Below are positions 22,885-36,462 of a DNA stretch of 64,000 bases, one piece after another (positions within the stretch are counted from its first letter, which is position 1; the number at the start of each line of letters is the position of its first letter). The stretch is from Heptranchias perlo (Eukaryota). The DNA is taken from assembly GCF_035084215.1 (NCBI RefSeq), contig NC_090349.1, positions 9,920,001 through 9,984,000 on the forward strand, in the 5' to 3' direction. A model generated the notes under the pieces. That model saw only the letters and a list, made by a program, of their open reading frames with translations. It was not told the origin of the DNA and made no database searches. Position numbers and translations under genes: made by a program.

Positions 22885-23981
22885 AACGTTAAGGATTGAT
22901 GAGGGTAGTGTGGTTGATGTTGTGCATGTGGACTTTAAAAAGGCCTTTGATAAAGTACCACATAATAGACTTATCAACAAAATTAAAGCTCATGGGATTA
23001 AAGGGACAGAGGCAGCGTGGATACAACATTGATTAAGGGACAGAAGTAGTGATGAACGGTTGCTTTGCAGATTGGAGGGAAATATACAGTGGTGTTCCCC
23101 AGTGGTCCGTATTCGAACCACTGCTGTTTTTGACATATATTAATGCCTGGACTTGAGTATAGAGGGGATCATTTCAAAGTTTGCAGATTACACGTAACTT
23201 GGAAATGTAACAAACAATTAGGTGGATAGCAACAGACTTCAGGAAGACATAGACAGATTGGTGAAATAGGCAGACACATGGCAGATGAAAAAGTAATGTG
23301 ATGTGATATATTTTGTTCGGAAGAATGGGGAGAGGTAATATAAAGTAAATGGTACAATTTTAAAGGGGTTGGAAGAACAGAGAGACTTGGGGTGTGTGTA
23401 CACAAACCTTTGAAGGTGGCGGAACAAGTTGAGAAGAGAAGTTGAGAAAAACAAGAAAGTTCTGCTAAATCTTTATAAAACATTGGTTAGGCTTCAGCTG
23501 GAGTACTGTGTTCAGTTCTGGGCACCACACTTTAGGAAGGACGTCAAGGTCCTTGGGAGGGTTCAGAAGAGATTTACTTGAATGGTACAAGGAATGAGGG
23601 ACTTCAGTTTTGTGGAGAGACTGGAGACGCTGGGTTTGTTCTCCTTAGAGCAGTGAAGAGTAAGAGAAGATTTACTAGAGGTGAACAGTGCTGTTACAGT
23701 AAATGAGGAGAAACTGTTTCCAGTGGCAGAAGCGTCGGTAACCGGATTTAAGGTGATTAGCAAAAGAACCAGAGGCGATATGAGGATGCACTGCCTGAAA
23801 GGATATGGGAAGCAGATTCAATAGTAACTTTCAAAAGGAAATTGGAAAAATACATGAAGGGAAAACAGGGCTACGGGGAAAGAGCAGGCGAGTGGGGCTA
23901 AAAGGATAGCTCCACCAACGAGCAGGCACTGGCATGATGGGCCGAGTGGCTTTCTTCTGTGCTAATTCTATGATTCTATGA
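22885..23981 (+). mobile_element. Decayed CR1 3' portion (duplicate of 2630-3728)
   Basis: Near-identical to 2630-3728. Confidence 0.85.
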
Positions 23982-24094
23982 TTATACTGCGGCATTTGTA
24001 ACCGCCAGCGGGTTAACGCGGGCAAGCTGCACATCTGTTGTTGTAATTTGAAATGTTCCACTTGAAATCAAACAGGTAATATCTGAATCATGAA

Positions 24095-24100
24095 TTTATT
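24095..24100 (-). terminator. Polyadenylation signal AATAAA, cluster 2
   Basis: tttatt on +, conserved position. Confidence 0.8.
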
Positions 24101-24143
24101 TTTAAACAGAATGTATAACAGATCAATACATCAGTTTCTTGAA

Positions 24144-24466
24144 TCAGATACAGCTGGATCTCGCGATACTTGTTTGAAGCGGGTTTGTCTGAGTTTCATG
24201 TTTAACCAGGCAGGAGTAAAGCTCGTGTGAGTTCCAGTCTGAGGCTGCCAGAGTCAGATAACTGCTCGCACTGAACGTGTTGTCCGTCTCCTGCTGGACC
24301 CGACTGGTCTCAACACCATTCCCTCTGACACTGCCATCTACAGTCCACTCAATCTCTACAGCGCCAGGGTTAAAGCCGTTCACCAAACACACCAGGGTCG
24401 CCTTGTTCTTTTCCGTTATTTGATCCGCTGAAGGCGGGAGGACGGACACCGAGGGGGCCCGCGGAT
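24144..24466 (-). CDS. IGLC: Ig lambda constant exon, cluster 2 (gene = complement join 30198-30150, 30017-29673, 24466-24144)
   Basis: cag acceptor; PRAPSVSVLPPSADQITEK...SIARSSCI*; 323 nt, intact. Confidence 0.97.
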
Positions 24467-25062
24467 CTGAAAAATAAAAACAAATGAAAGATCCAATCTT
24501 AAGTGACATAAAAAAATCGTCATCGACGTTTTACTGTCTTCAAATGTTTTATAATTCGGCGATACTCTACGAAGTATGAGGAATTTATTACAACGGGACC
24601 TCATTAGTATCAATTGTACAATGACAGGAGCCCGCAGTTCTAGAAAATATATAACTTGAGAACATTTCCTATTTTCCTACATGGAAAGGAACAGATAAAA
24701 ATTATTTAAATGAAATTCAATCTAATCTCATTGAACATACTATAATACGAATTGAATAGCACTCCTCAAAGACATTGTATTTCTGTAATTTTTTGTGTCA
24801 TTTCCTTTCCCCATTAAAGTTGAGCATGTCACTAAGAACATTTCCATATTTCGTAGAATCATAGAATGTTACAGCACAGAAAGAGGCCACTCGGCCTGTC
24901 GTGCATGTGCGGGCTCTTTGAAAGATCTATTCAATTAATCCTACTCCCCTGCACTTTCCTCATAGCCCTGCAAATGTTTCTTTTTCCAATATATATCCAA
25001 TTTCCTTTTGCATGTTACTATTGTAACTGCTTCCATCTCCCTTTCAGTTGGTGCATTCCAGA

Positions 25063-26199
25063 TCATAGAATCATAGAATCATAGAAGTTACAACATGGAA
25101 ACAGGCCCTTCGGCCCAACATGTCCATGTCGCCCAGTTTATACCACTAAGCTAGTCCCAATTATCTGCACTTGGCCCATATCCCTCTATACCCATCTTAC
25201 CCATGTAATTGTCCAAATGCTTTTTAAAAGACAAAATTGTACCCGCCTCTACTACTGCCTCTGGCAGCTCGTTCCAGACACTCACCACCCTTTGAGTGAA
25301 AAAAATGCCCCTCTGGACCCTTTTGTATCTCTCCCCTCTCACCTTAAATTTATGTCCCCTCGTTATAGACTCCCCTACCTTTGGGAAAAGATTTTGACTA
25401 TCTACCTTATCTATGCCCTCATTATTTTATAGACTTCTATAAGATCACCCCTTAACCTCCTACTCTCCAGGGAAAAAAGTCCCAGTCTATCTAACCTCTC
25501 CCTATAAGTCAAACCATCAAGTCCCGGTAGCATCCTAGTAAATCTTTTCTGCACTCTTTCTAGTTTAATAATATCCTTTCTATAATAGGGTGACCAGAAC
25601 TGTACACAGTATTCCAAGTGTGGCCTTACTAATGTCCTGTACAACTTCAACAAGACATCCCAACTCCTGTATTCAATGTTCTGACCAATGAAACCAAGCA
25701 TGCCGAATGCCTTCTTCACCACCCTATCCACCTGTGACTCCACTTTCAAGGAGCTATGAACCTGTACTCCTAGATCTCTTTGTTCTATAACTCTCCCCAA
25801 CGCCCTACCATTAACGGAGTAGGTCCTGGCCCGATTCGATCTACCAAAATGCATCACCTCACATTTACCTAAATTAAACTCCATCTGCCATTCATCGGCC
25901 CACTGGCCCAATTTATCAAGATCCCGTTGCAATCCTAGATAACCTTCTTCACTGTCCACAATGCCACCAATCTTGGTGTCATCTGCAAACTTACTAACCA
26001 TGCCTCCTAAATTCTCATCCAAATCATTAATATAAATAACAAATAACAGCGGACCCAGCACCGATCCCTGAGGCACACCACTGGACACAGGCCTCCAGTT
26101 TGAAAAACAACCCTCTACAACCACCCTCTGTCTTCTGTCGTCAAGCCAATTTTGTATCCAATTGGCTACCTCACCTTGGATCCCATGAGATTTAACCTT
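25063..26199 (-). mobile_element. Young 5'-truncated CR1 inserted in an older CR1 relic within J-C intron 2
   Basis: The RT ORF 25411-26214 differs from the 11896-13341 protein at about 8 of ~265 residues. (CATAGAAT)n tail on +, and a 1-nt frameshift near 25417. Confidence 0.93.
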
Positions 26200-27056
26200 G
26201 CCGTGTAACAACATTTCTCCTCACCTCGTCTGGTTCTTTTGACAATTATCTTAAATCTGTGTCCTTTGGTTATCGACCCACCTGCAAGTGGAAACACTTT
26301 CTCCCTATCTACTCATTAAAACCCTTCACAATTTTGAGCACCTCTATCAAATCTCCCCTCACCCTTCTCTGCCCCAAGGAGAACAACCCCAGCTACACTA
26401 GTCTCTCGGCATAACTGAAGTCACTGTCATTAGGAATATTCCCACATTTGTGAAGGAGTGGGAACAGAAAATAATAAAACAGGAAAATAACACTAACAGT
26501 ATTACATTCAAATACACTCATGGGACTCAATCTGTCACAGACATTGAGTCCGAGGAGCAGAGGATCTAAAGAGAAAGTAAAAAGCAATAAATTCGAATTC
26601 GGGGCCAATATTGGAACCAATGCTGACTACAAAAATACAGTAATATTTCGCTCAAAACACTCGATTCCAATGAATTTACTGCTGATCTCAATTGTTTGCC
26701 TCTGTCTCTAGTTTCGTGCTGCTTTTGACGGAAGTGATAAATATTCGACCAATAATGGGGCTCATGGGCAAGCACTGCCACGGCCTCTCTGCTCGACTCG
26801 TGGTTTCATCAAGGTTTCCCGCCTCTGTCGGACGATGGCTATATTGTGCAAAAGTTCAGAAGACTTGGAATAATTCTTCCACACTCGAAATACGCTGTTT
26901 GGAGACAGATCCGGGGTCACGGTGTCTCAAAAAATATTTTTTAAATGAATACATTTTCCAATAAATAACGACTGTTATTGTAAACAATTAGTTCAATATT
27001 ATATAATAATATCCCCAAAAATAACTTCAATATGCAAGCAATAATGCCTAAAGTAG

Positions 27057-27285
27057 CCTGGCCAATATATATCCCGCAATCAACATCAGTAAAACAGATT
27101 ATCTGCTCATTATTACATTGCCGTTTGTGGGAACTTGCTGCGCATAACCTGGCTGCCGCGTTTCCAACATTACGACAATGACTTCATTTCAAAAGTATGA
27201 CTTCACTTCAAATTGGCTGTAAAGCACTTTGGAACGTCCTGAGGTCGCGAAATGCTATATCAGTGCAAATTCGTTCTTTCTTTTC
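27057..27285 (+). mobile_element. SINE 3' half in J-C intron 2 (ortholog of 5687-5905)
   Basis: Same sequence and flanks as in intron 1. Confidence 0.6.
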
Positions 27286-28880
27286 TTTCTGAATATTAAA
27301 TAGAAATATTCCCATGATAACGACGATGAAATATAACCCAGTGTAAGAATGTTGAAGCCTGACTGTCACAATCTCCTGTCTCTTTCAATGACTGTTCGCA
27401 CCGACCATGTGTTACAAGCACCAGCTGCCAATGGCAAACCCTCGTTAAAATGGTTTATGTAATGAAAGGCACGGAAGAAAAGGTTGAAACATTATTGTAT
27501 CTTTTTTCAACCGTAGAATTAGGTATCAGAGGCTGAGCCGCTACAAATGTTTTTGGAATTGAAGTGCAGTGTCAGCTACAGCGGCGCGCCTCACCAATAC
27601 CGCAGTTGCCCGGGTCGGTTTAACAATCTATTGCCATTCTGAGATGTTCGCCTTGGAACCTACAACGTCGCTTTGCTTTCTTTACATTATAAAATTTGGA
27701 GGCTGAATCTGCGAGTAAACCCGACAAGAGCCACCAACACCTAATTTCACAGTTGGTAATGTCCCTCTGCAACCCCCGGAGTATAGCTCAACATTCTGGT
27801 ATGAAATATTAGGAGTCATGTGGGATAATTGAGCAGGTTTTACTGTCATTTTAAATTATTGCCTAAATGCCAAGAGTTTGGCAGTGAACTCACTTTAGGC
27901 TGGTTTGTAATGTAATTTTTTTCCAGATACCAATTCTTAATGGAATAACTGAAAATATAATGGAAGATTCTTTCTGTGATCCCACCTTAATGTAGCTCTG
28001 GAACCAAGTTAAAATAGCGATGGAGTATCCGCATTTTCTGTAATATTACTCCTCCCACTGACACTAATCATAGAACCAGTAGCAAAGCGCAATGGAGTGA
28101 ATACAAAAGCAGGTACAAAAATCGGTAAACCTATTCTGAGACATTATTCACACAAAGTTGATCGGCTAGGAAGATAATGAGCGGATGACTTGTTACCAAT
28201 AAACATCCTGCCAATAATTGATATTTATTACTGTGTTATGCCGAACATCGATTCGTGTTAATTATTATTACTCGCTGAGCGAAGCGGACCGGTATGATTG
28301 CAATAGTCATCACAATGACTGAGAACCTTGTATTGAACGGTTTTCACTGAGTTTGGAGACGAGTGGAAGACATTTACAGCAACTCACTACACCATCCTCC
28401 CGTAGTCTCAGTCCGAGAATGGTTATTTATTCTCGGGAGTGCTTTATGGGGAATGAAAACTCTATCGTGTGAAACTTTTGAATTTGTGTGTTTAGCCTTT
28501 TCCAACCATTAATTCCAGGAGAGCTATAATGATAGGGTGTCAGCCACTCTGGAAGACTTCGTGGGATTCATAGAATGATCGAATTCTACAGCTCAGAAGG
28601 AGGGCGATCGCGCCCGCCCCAGCTCTTTGAAAGAGCTGTCCATTTAGTCCATTTCCGTTACATTTTTGTCCATTTTCCAATGTTTATCCACTTCCCTTTC
28701 AAACGCCACCATGGATTCTGCTCGACCACTCTTACAGGTAGAACACCACATGTCCTAACAGTCGCTTAGGTAAAGAAAATATCCAAAACTCTCCATTTGT
28801 CCTTCTCGTAATGATATTAGATTTATGGTCTTTGTTTACCAACCGACTGATCAGTAAAAATCGTTCTTTTTTAATTTGAC

Positions 28881-29578
28881 TGGCTGCCTTTTAAATATTA
28901 CAGGACGGTGATTCAGATGCTCTGTATAAATATTGTTAAGGACAATAATCTTGATTTACACAAACTTAATCTTGCAAGAAAATGATTTTAAGGGTTTTTT
29001 TGGTACTTCGATCGCAGCGTTGCAAACGTTAGGGGAGAGTTTGACGAGCGCTTTGGAAATCAAAATTTAGAAAGTGATTGTCGCTGTAATCACTATGAGA
29101 GACTCGGACACAGATATTTTTCGGTGAAAATATTTTTTTTAAGCTGCTGTAAGAAAATAATTCATAATTCCGAACATTTTCTGCAGAATACACCGCAAAC
29201 TTATAGTAAAAATAGCTTCTCTCGTCTCCTCTCATAAATAAAACCTCACAGTACGGATATCATCTTAATAAATGGCTCCTGTACCCTTCCCAAGGCCTTC
29301 ACACCCTCCCTAAAGTCGAGAGCCTCTTGTCCCTGGCTATCTCTTGAATATCACTGGACGCTGATTCACACGCTCTATATCAATATATTTTAAGGGCAAT
29401 AATCTTGATTTAAACGAACTCAATCTACCAAACAAATTATTTTAATATATGATTTTTGGTATTTCTTCCGTAATGTTGCCAATGGTAGGGGACAGTTTGG
29501 TGAGTGCTTTGGATACGGAATAGAGAAATAGTGATTGTCGCTGTAATCACCACGAGAGAGTCGGACACTGGTATGTTT
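28881..29578. repeat. Diverged ~240-bp direct repeat in J-C intron 2 (copies ~28881-29118 and ~29334-29578)
   Basis: Both copies contain caataatcttgattta...ttttggta...gtgattgtcgctgtaatcac...cggacac. Confidence 0.8.
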
Positions 29579-29672
29579 TGAACCAGGTAACTTCGACTTA
29601 AAAAATTGAACCAAAAATCGAAAACTGGTAACTGACAAATCCCAAGTTGCACATTGCGAAAAATTTACTTAC

Positions 29673-30017
29673 TGCCCAGATTCAGCTTGGTTCCTCTCCC
29701 GAAATTGAATGCAGCGGCACTGCTGAGCGTGGCACCACAGTAATAATCGGCGGCGTCCTCGGATTGCACGTTGGTGATGGTTAAATGCATCTTGTTGGTC
29801 GACGAGTCCACAGATCCGGTGAATCGATCTGGAATCCCCGAGCCTCTGGAGCTCCCATACCAAACAAACACAGGGGCACTGCCGGGTTTCTGCCAGTACC
29901 AGCTCGTGTAGTAGCTGCTGATGCTGCCTCCGGACAGGGTACAGGTGATCTTGACGGTTTTGCCCGGGGTGGTTGAGATGGATGTTTCCTGATTCAGGAC
30001 AGCATCCGCGTTTGTAC
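29673..30017 (-). CDS. IGLV: Germline-joined V-J exon, cluster 2 (CDR3 GATLSSAAAFN; CDR2 one codon shorter)
   Basis: TNA-DAVLNQ...CTLSGGSISSYYTSWYWQKPGSAPVFVWYGSSRGSGIPDRF...YYCGATLSSAAAFNFGRGTKLNLG; canonical splice sites. Confidence 0.97.
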
Positions 30018-30149
30018 CTGGTGAAATAACAAGTTATTGATCAGTCACACTGTGAAATTCTGAATATTTAGATCCGTTCAACTGAAGCACAATAAAAAAT
30101 CAGGGCAATGTAAAAAACAGCGATATTAAAGGTTAAGCCGTGTACTTAC

Positions 30150-30198
30150 ATTGGAGACAGAGCATGAATACGGCGAGAACTCGAAGCCATTCAGTCAT
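30150..30198 (-). CDS. IGLV: Leader exon, cluster 2 (MTEWLRVLAVFMLCLQ)
   Basis: ATG at 30196-30198; GTAAGT donor. Confidence 0.95.
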
Positions 30199-30269
30199 GG
30201 TGAAGGTTTTGGTGACGGTTAGCAGTAAAATGTTTCCTGAGAAGAACGCAGTTCTGGGCTCTTTCTAAA

Positions 30270-30390
30270 CCTCCTTAAGAAGTTACAAACATTGCAACGT
30301 CACTGAGTATTAATTATTCATGCAAATCTCCGTCCACGTGACATGGCGCCGTAGGATCACAGGTACTCCGCTGACTATATTTGTACAATG
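30270..30390 (-). promoter_or_regulatory. Promoter, cluster 2: octamer 30320-30327, E-box CACGTG, degenerate distal octamer (ATTTGTAC)
   Basis: Motifs read directly; positions homologous to cluster 1. Confidence 0.85.
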
Positions 30391-33300
30391 CACATTCCAG
30401 ACATTTAAACAAAATGAGTAACAATGAGTCAAAGTCATAGATTACAACACGGGAATGGTTGAATACAGCAAAACAAGTGCGGTGAAACAAGGGGGAGCGA
30501 TCAGGTGACTCCAGGCCTGGGTTTTAGAAACCTGAAGGTTGTAATAGCGAGGAACGGCTGTCGGCGGGAGAGTGTTGAATGGTTTAGGGGTCCACAGAGA
30601 GAATGAATTAGAGAAGGAGAGTTTGAAATGAGTTTGGATTTGTACACAGTGAGGATTTAAGGAGGTGGAACAGCGTGCAGAGGGGTGTTTTTTGGAGTGA
30701 GGTTAATAATTTAGGAAGTTCACATGTGTTTCTTTCACATATGTGACCGTACATTTAATGTATTCCGTTGAAATTTGGAAGTTCCGTTGCTTCTGCATAC
30801 AGGGCTGATTGTAAGCTTGATTCATACCAGGGAAGGGGGATGTCAAAACTGCATTATATTCAACAATTTTAATACGTGTTAACAAATATGAGTGAATCAT
30901 GTAGTGAATAATCGAGAGTCAAGCGTTGACATATCGTGCCTCCACATTCATTATTTGGACGTGTAGATTATCACATCCAGCGGCACACTTCTTGGGGGCC
31001 ATCTGAAATAATTGACATTTCCCGAAAGGAATTGATTGAACCGAGTTTTCATCCAGCCCAATCTGAAGGGATAAATATATTCTCTCTGCTGACTCGAAAC
31101 ATCTGACTTGTATTGTGTTAGGAGCTGTTTGGCCCACTTGTTCGTGAGGTGAATTAACAGCAAAAGCAGCGCGTGATTCAACACAAATTATAATAAAATT
31201 GTCAGTCTCACTCAGAGACCCAAAAGAAGTTTGGGAGTTATAAATGCCACACTAGTGCAGTTGGGATGCTGTTATGAGGCTGATTTAGAAGGCACGAGTG
31301 CAATAATTCCTATGATCGCTTTTTTTGTAGCAACAAAAGGTCGAAGGCTCTGTACGTTTTTACATTTCCGCGAAACCAGAAGTGCATCGCGTTTAGAAAG
31401 TGCTTAGAATTTCACTGGACACATCGGAACAGAAGGAATCTTCACCTATACATTTAGAATGTCGCTACAAATAGCTTAATTTATGGTTTGTAAAGCTAGG
31501 CGCGATACAATAACACCTGGCGTAAGAATTGCTTTGGTCGCAAATGTTTGTGAAGAATTCTTTATATTTTCTAGAAATATTGAATACGAGAAATCTTCAC
31601 CAATGTATCGAGCACCCGTTGCACATAGTGACCAGAGGCAGTCTCAATACATAGTGCATCATGTTGCCTGAGCGACACCCAGCGTTCACAAGAGCTAAAC
31701 CTGGAGCCACCAATGCCACACTTCACAGGCCGCATTAGATGAAATACGGTCACTCCCACATAGCAATTATTGCGCATATAGGGCGACGCTCAGTGCTATA
31801 TGGTTGATCTCATTGGTTTATTATCATCGTCGAATCTCACTGATTTTATTCAATATCTTGCATCGCACTCTACACTGGGCGTTGATGAACATATTTCTGT
31901 TATAACCTCTAATTTTCCATGGTTTGCTTTTCAAATGTAAAAAGGACTAAGGAAATCAATCGACAAAGCATGCGAATAGCCAGTTTTGCACCAAACATTT
32001 TTCAGGTGAAGATGAAGATTGTGCTGCAGTTTGATCCATCTCTACCGGCAAACTGATTAAAATCTTCTGAATTTGGCACTCTTGTATTTTCATTCTTCTT
32101 AAATTAAACCTACATTTATATATCGGATTCACTCAGCCGACATGTGTTTACATTCCGTGGTATCGGGGGAGGGGAGAAGTGACTTTGTCTGGCGCTTTGG
32201 AGAGGCCAAATGGAGGGTATGGTGGACTGCCGCATGGCGCTCTGCGAGGTTCAGGCTGCTGCTTGTTGCCGGTTGGTATTTTCACACTACACATACTCCT
32301 TGGATTCAATGTCAATGACGACACCCACGAACGGATCTGCCTTCCTCTCCGAACGAGGATGTGACTTTATCTGCTCAATATGAAGGAAAACACAATGTGA
32401 TCCAGGGATTGACCAATGCTGCCTTTTATATGCGCTGGCCTGACCTCCTAATCTTTTTGTATCTGAAATAAGCTCAGATAGTAAACCAACAGACACATTT
32501 ATTTAACGTTTAACATATAATTGAACAGTACTGAACATAAATACATACTACAGTCTGCACACTTCCCCAACCTCCATGTTTTCTCCTGTGCGATCTCGGA
32601 ACATAAAATTGATCCTGTAAACACCGTCGTTCACTTCTTTAGCGGCGAAACACCACCAGATAGCTAGATCTATCTCATTCTGAATGCTGGCTTTAAAATC
32701 GCTCACTGACTTCTGGGGAAAAGGCAGCCTCATATATATCATTTAACATCCTTTGAGGATATACTGAAACAAAGAGCATTAATAATCAAATCTTTCTAAT
32801 TATATTAGACTAACATCATTCACAGCTTGTCAGTAGGTGGGATGTTAGCCCACACAAATGCCTCTGCCAATATAATAAATTTCAATCGAACTCTTTGTTC
32901 TGTGTGCCTGTACCTGGCCATGGTGTCAGGTTAATGTAGTTGAACAGAAAAACATTTAAGTAGCTTCTGAGTGATACCTTTCGCATCTCAGGCTGTAATA
33001 TATAACAAAAACTTGCATTATATAGGACCTTTAAAATGGAAAAAAGTTCCAAGGCCCTTCACAGAGGCATGATGGAAAAATGGATACAGAACCAATGAGG
33101 AGGGATTGAGAAGATTGGTCAAAGAGATGAGTTTCAATGAGGGTCTTAAAAGAGGAGAAAGAGAGATGGCGAGGCGGAGGGGTTTAGCGAGAAATTCCAG
33201 CGAGTGGGACTTCGGTGGCTAAAGATACGGCCACTAAGGCTGGGTTGATGGGAATGTGGGACGCACAAGAAGCCGGAGTCAGAGGAAAGGGAGCAGGAGA

Positions 33301-34223
33301 GGGGGTCGTAAAGCTCAAGGAGGTTCCAGAGATAGGGAAGGGCGAAGCCATGGAGGAATTTAAACACAAGCATGATAACTTTAAAATTGAGGCGTAAGGG
33401 GAAGGGGAGCCAATAGTATAACAGAGAACGATGCCTTCTTGTCACATCACGTTTCATTTTTGAAAGATCCTTTGCATTCGAGACCTCTGCCTTTCTTGGG
33501 AGTACCATGTAGAGTGTGGTGACATACCACCCTCCCTGGCGATCATCCAGTGTGTCAGGATTCGATCGGCTACATAAAGCAGACGTTCCAATCCAAACCC
33601 TGGCCCGGAACGTTACATGGTGTAAAACGATCTTCTGGCCATTCCTAAGCAGATAAAAGGTTGTTTCCTGGATATAATGTCTCTTTTAACATGGACTGCT
33701 CTACAGGTTTGAGCTCTTTCTCTGCCATCCCCGAATCCTTTGGATGCGGTCAATTTGCTGCACCTCCTTCAGTCCCACTTGCAGGATAGGGGTATCACAG
33801 AGTTATTTGCAGGTACAACCTGCTGCTCTGCATGCGTCCACTGTGCATGGACCTAACACAAGTCTGTCATCTGACATCCCGCTGGGCTCCTCACTCTATC
33901 CAAGAGGATGAAGTCCATGATCGTGCATCAACTGTTCCTTCACCTATCAGTCTCGCTGATGAAATGCTCTTCCTTATTAGTTCAAGTGTATGTCAGTTTT
34001 CCTTCACCGAACCGCGAATTTTTATGGAACGACGATGTGTTGACATCAGTGTAGAAATTCGATCACGCCCAAAAACTAACGCGCAGGCGCCAAGTGCGCG
34101 CTGCACGAGCCTCTCCACGTCGACTGAAGAACAATGTTAAATTCGTGCAGGCAGGTCATTAAAATGAGTAACGGTTTCCCTCACTGCTTATTGGCGTCCC
34201 GCCTGTTTTCGTAGTGGGGGACA

Positions 34224-34270
34224 GTGTGTGTGTGTGTGGCGGGCGGGTTGGTGGTGGTGGTGGTGGTGGG
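34224..34270. repeat. (TG)n plus (GGT)n microsatellite
   Basis: gtgtgtgtgtgtgtg...ggtggtggtggtggtggtgg; absent from the paralogous site at ~49350. Confidence 0.9.
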
Positions 34271-36462
34271 TAGGTGTTACTGAGAGTCGGGCGTCGTCGG
34301 CGCCGCTTACAGGCAGCCAGCACCTCCTCAAGGGGAGCTGCAGCCAGAGTTCAGAGTAACTTCACAATATCGACAAATGGCTGCATGAGGTACAGTGAGT
34401 GCAGACACATTCTCTGCTATCGCATTGGGGGCCTGATCTCGGCTTCAAATCTTGATTGGGAGGGGTGGGGGGAGGAGAAAGCCCTTTAGGCAACATCTCT
34501 GCCACCAGTGGGAAGAGATTCCCGAGGAGATCAATGCCAGGAGCTTAGCTCCAAGTCTGTGGCTTTAATACCATGACCCCACCAAAATTATGGGGGGTTA
34601 CCTCTTACCTCTCACCTCAATTATTCTCTCCCCATACCTACAGCCAAACGACCCTCCCCCGGTTCCCTTCAATCTTTTCGGATCACTGCATCAATTTCAC
34701 TCCACCTCCTTCTCATCCTACTCAAACTCTGCACTTCCCAGTCTCACCACTATTGCAACCCTCACTTCTCTACACACATGCTGCACACAGCATCAACACA
34801 TTCGCAAAAGATCTCACCAGGCTGTCACGAACACACTTCCTTCTTTCATGCAGGAAAAGGGCACACACAACACGAGGCAGCAGGCAGCGACCATAGGAGG
34901 CCAAGGCCGCCTGTGCACTCTTTCCCCACTTGAGGATGACAGGCTGGCCGTCAACGGGAGCAGGCGAGACATGGCCATGAGGACTGGCAACGCTGGAAGT
35001 GATGTCGTCAGGGATTTCTTCATCCCTAATCTTTTTCCCTTCTTCTATCTTATCCGACACACTGCATGGCTACCTGTGGTTGTTTTCACCAGCCACTCAT
35101 CTCTCTCTTCTCTTCCTTCACACGTAAAGATAACCCTTCCATTGCTACTCACACGGCTGACATGTTGGCTCTGGGGACACAGAGCCATCGGAGAGATGAG
35201 GCATAGTCCCAGGACAGTGGTCTCAGCTGAGTGGGAGAAGCACGTGCTCCTGCACCACCCTTCCAGCCAGTGTTCTTCTTAGTGCCACGTAGCCAGTTGG
35301 CCCAGACATCCTTGGTCCACACCAAGCTGCTGCAGTCTGTAGCTGAGCCCTCAAGGCCCAGAGCTGTTTGAGGGCACCGACCACACCCTGCTGAAGTGTG
35401 CTTAGTGGAAACTCTGCGGCTTTCCAGCTACGAAGCTGCAGCCGATGGGGATATACCCAATAGCAGCACAGCAAAGTAAACCAGCACAGAAGACAAAAAC
35501 TAAGGGGTTGAACAAGGGTGATTCTTAATTTTTCCTGTTAACTCTCGTCCACTTTTGAATTAGAGTTGTTGGAGTAATTTTTCTACGGATTTGGTGTTGG
35601 TGTTAATGAAGTGATAGCAAGACCCATAACGTTGGACTGAAGGAACACAATCAGATGGTGGTAGTAAGGGCAGAGGCGATAAAGATTGAACGACTGTTGG
35701 TGTATTGTGGATGGGAGAGCTGTTTCAGCGAAAACTTTCTTGGATGAATCAGTGTCCGAGAGCTCTGGCAGTTAGGGGCACCAGTGGTTTATGCTGCTCT
35801 TGCTGTTCCTCCTCCAAGTGGTGCGAAGAGCTGCTCCCTCAGTATTGCAAAGTTATGCAGCTCACGACCACAAATCTGGAATCACAGCCAGGGCTGTGGT
35901 GCAGAGCTTCCCCCGAACTGTGCAGGCTGCAGACGCGATGCTTAGCACACTGAAGATCCGCCCAATTATATTTCTGGTCGTGGCATGGCTCGCGTTGTCG
36001 GCCAGCTCTTTGTCTGTACACGGGTTCTCGACAGGAGTTTTGAGCCACGTTTGAAGGGGATATTCCTTATAGCCCAGTAGCCAGCGTGTGCCCTGGCAGC
36101 CTGGTTGAATTAAAGGCAGCAGAGAGGACTGGCACAGGATGAAGGAATCATTACTGCTGCCAGAAACCTGGGCACGGACCTGCATTTTTCCCGTTAACTA
36201 TTATGCACTTATGGAATAGAGTTGTTGGAGCAATTTTTCCTGGAATTGATGTTGTTGTAATGAAGTGAGGGATAAACCGATAAAGCTTGACTGAAGGAAA
36301 GTAATCAGGTGTTGGTACAAGGGACAGTGGTGATAAGAATTGCGGGACTGTTGGTGCATTGGGTATGTAGGAAGGGGATGATTGAGCTGATCGGTCGCCC
36401 AAAGCCTTGACAGGTAGGGGCACTGCTGGTCGATGCTGCTCCTGCTTTTCCTCCTCCTCCCC

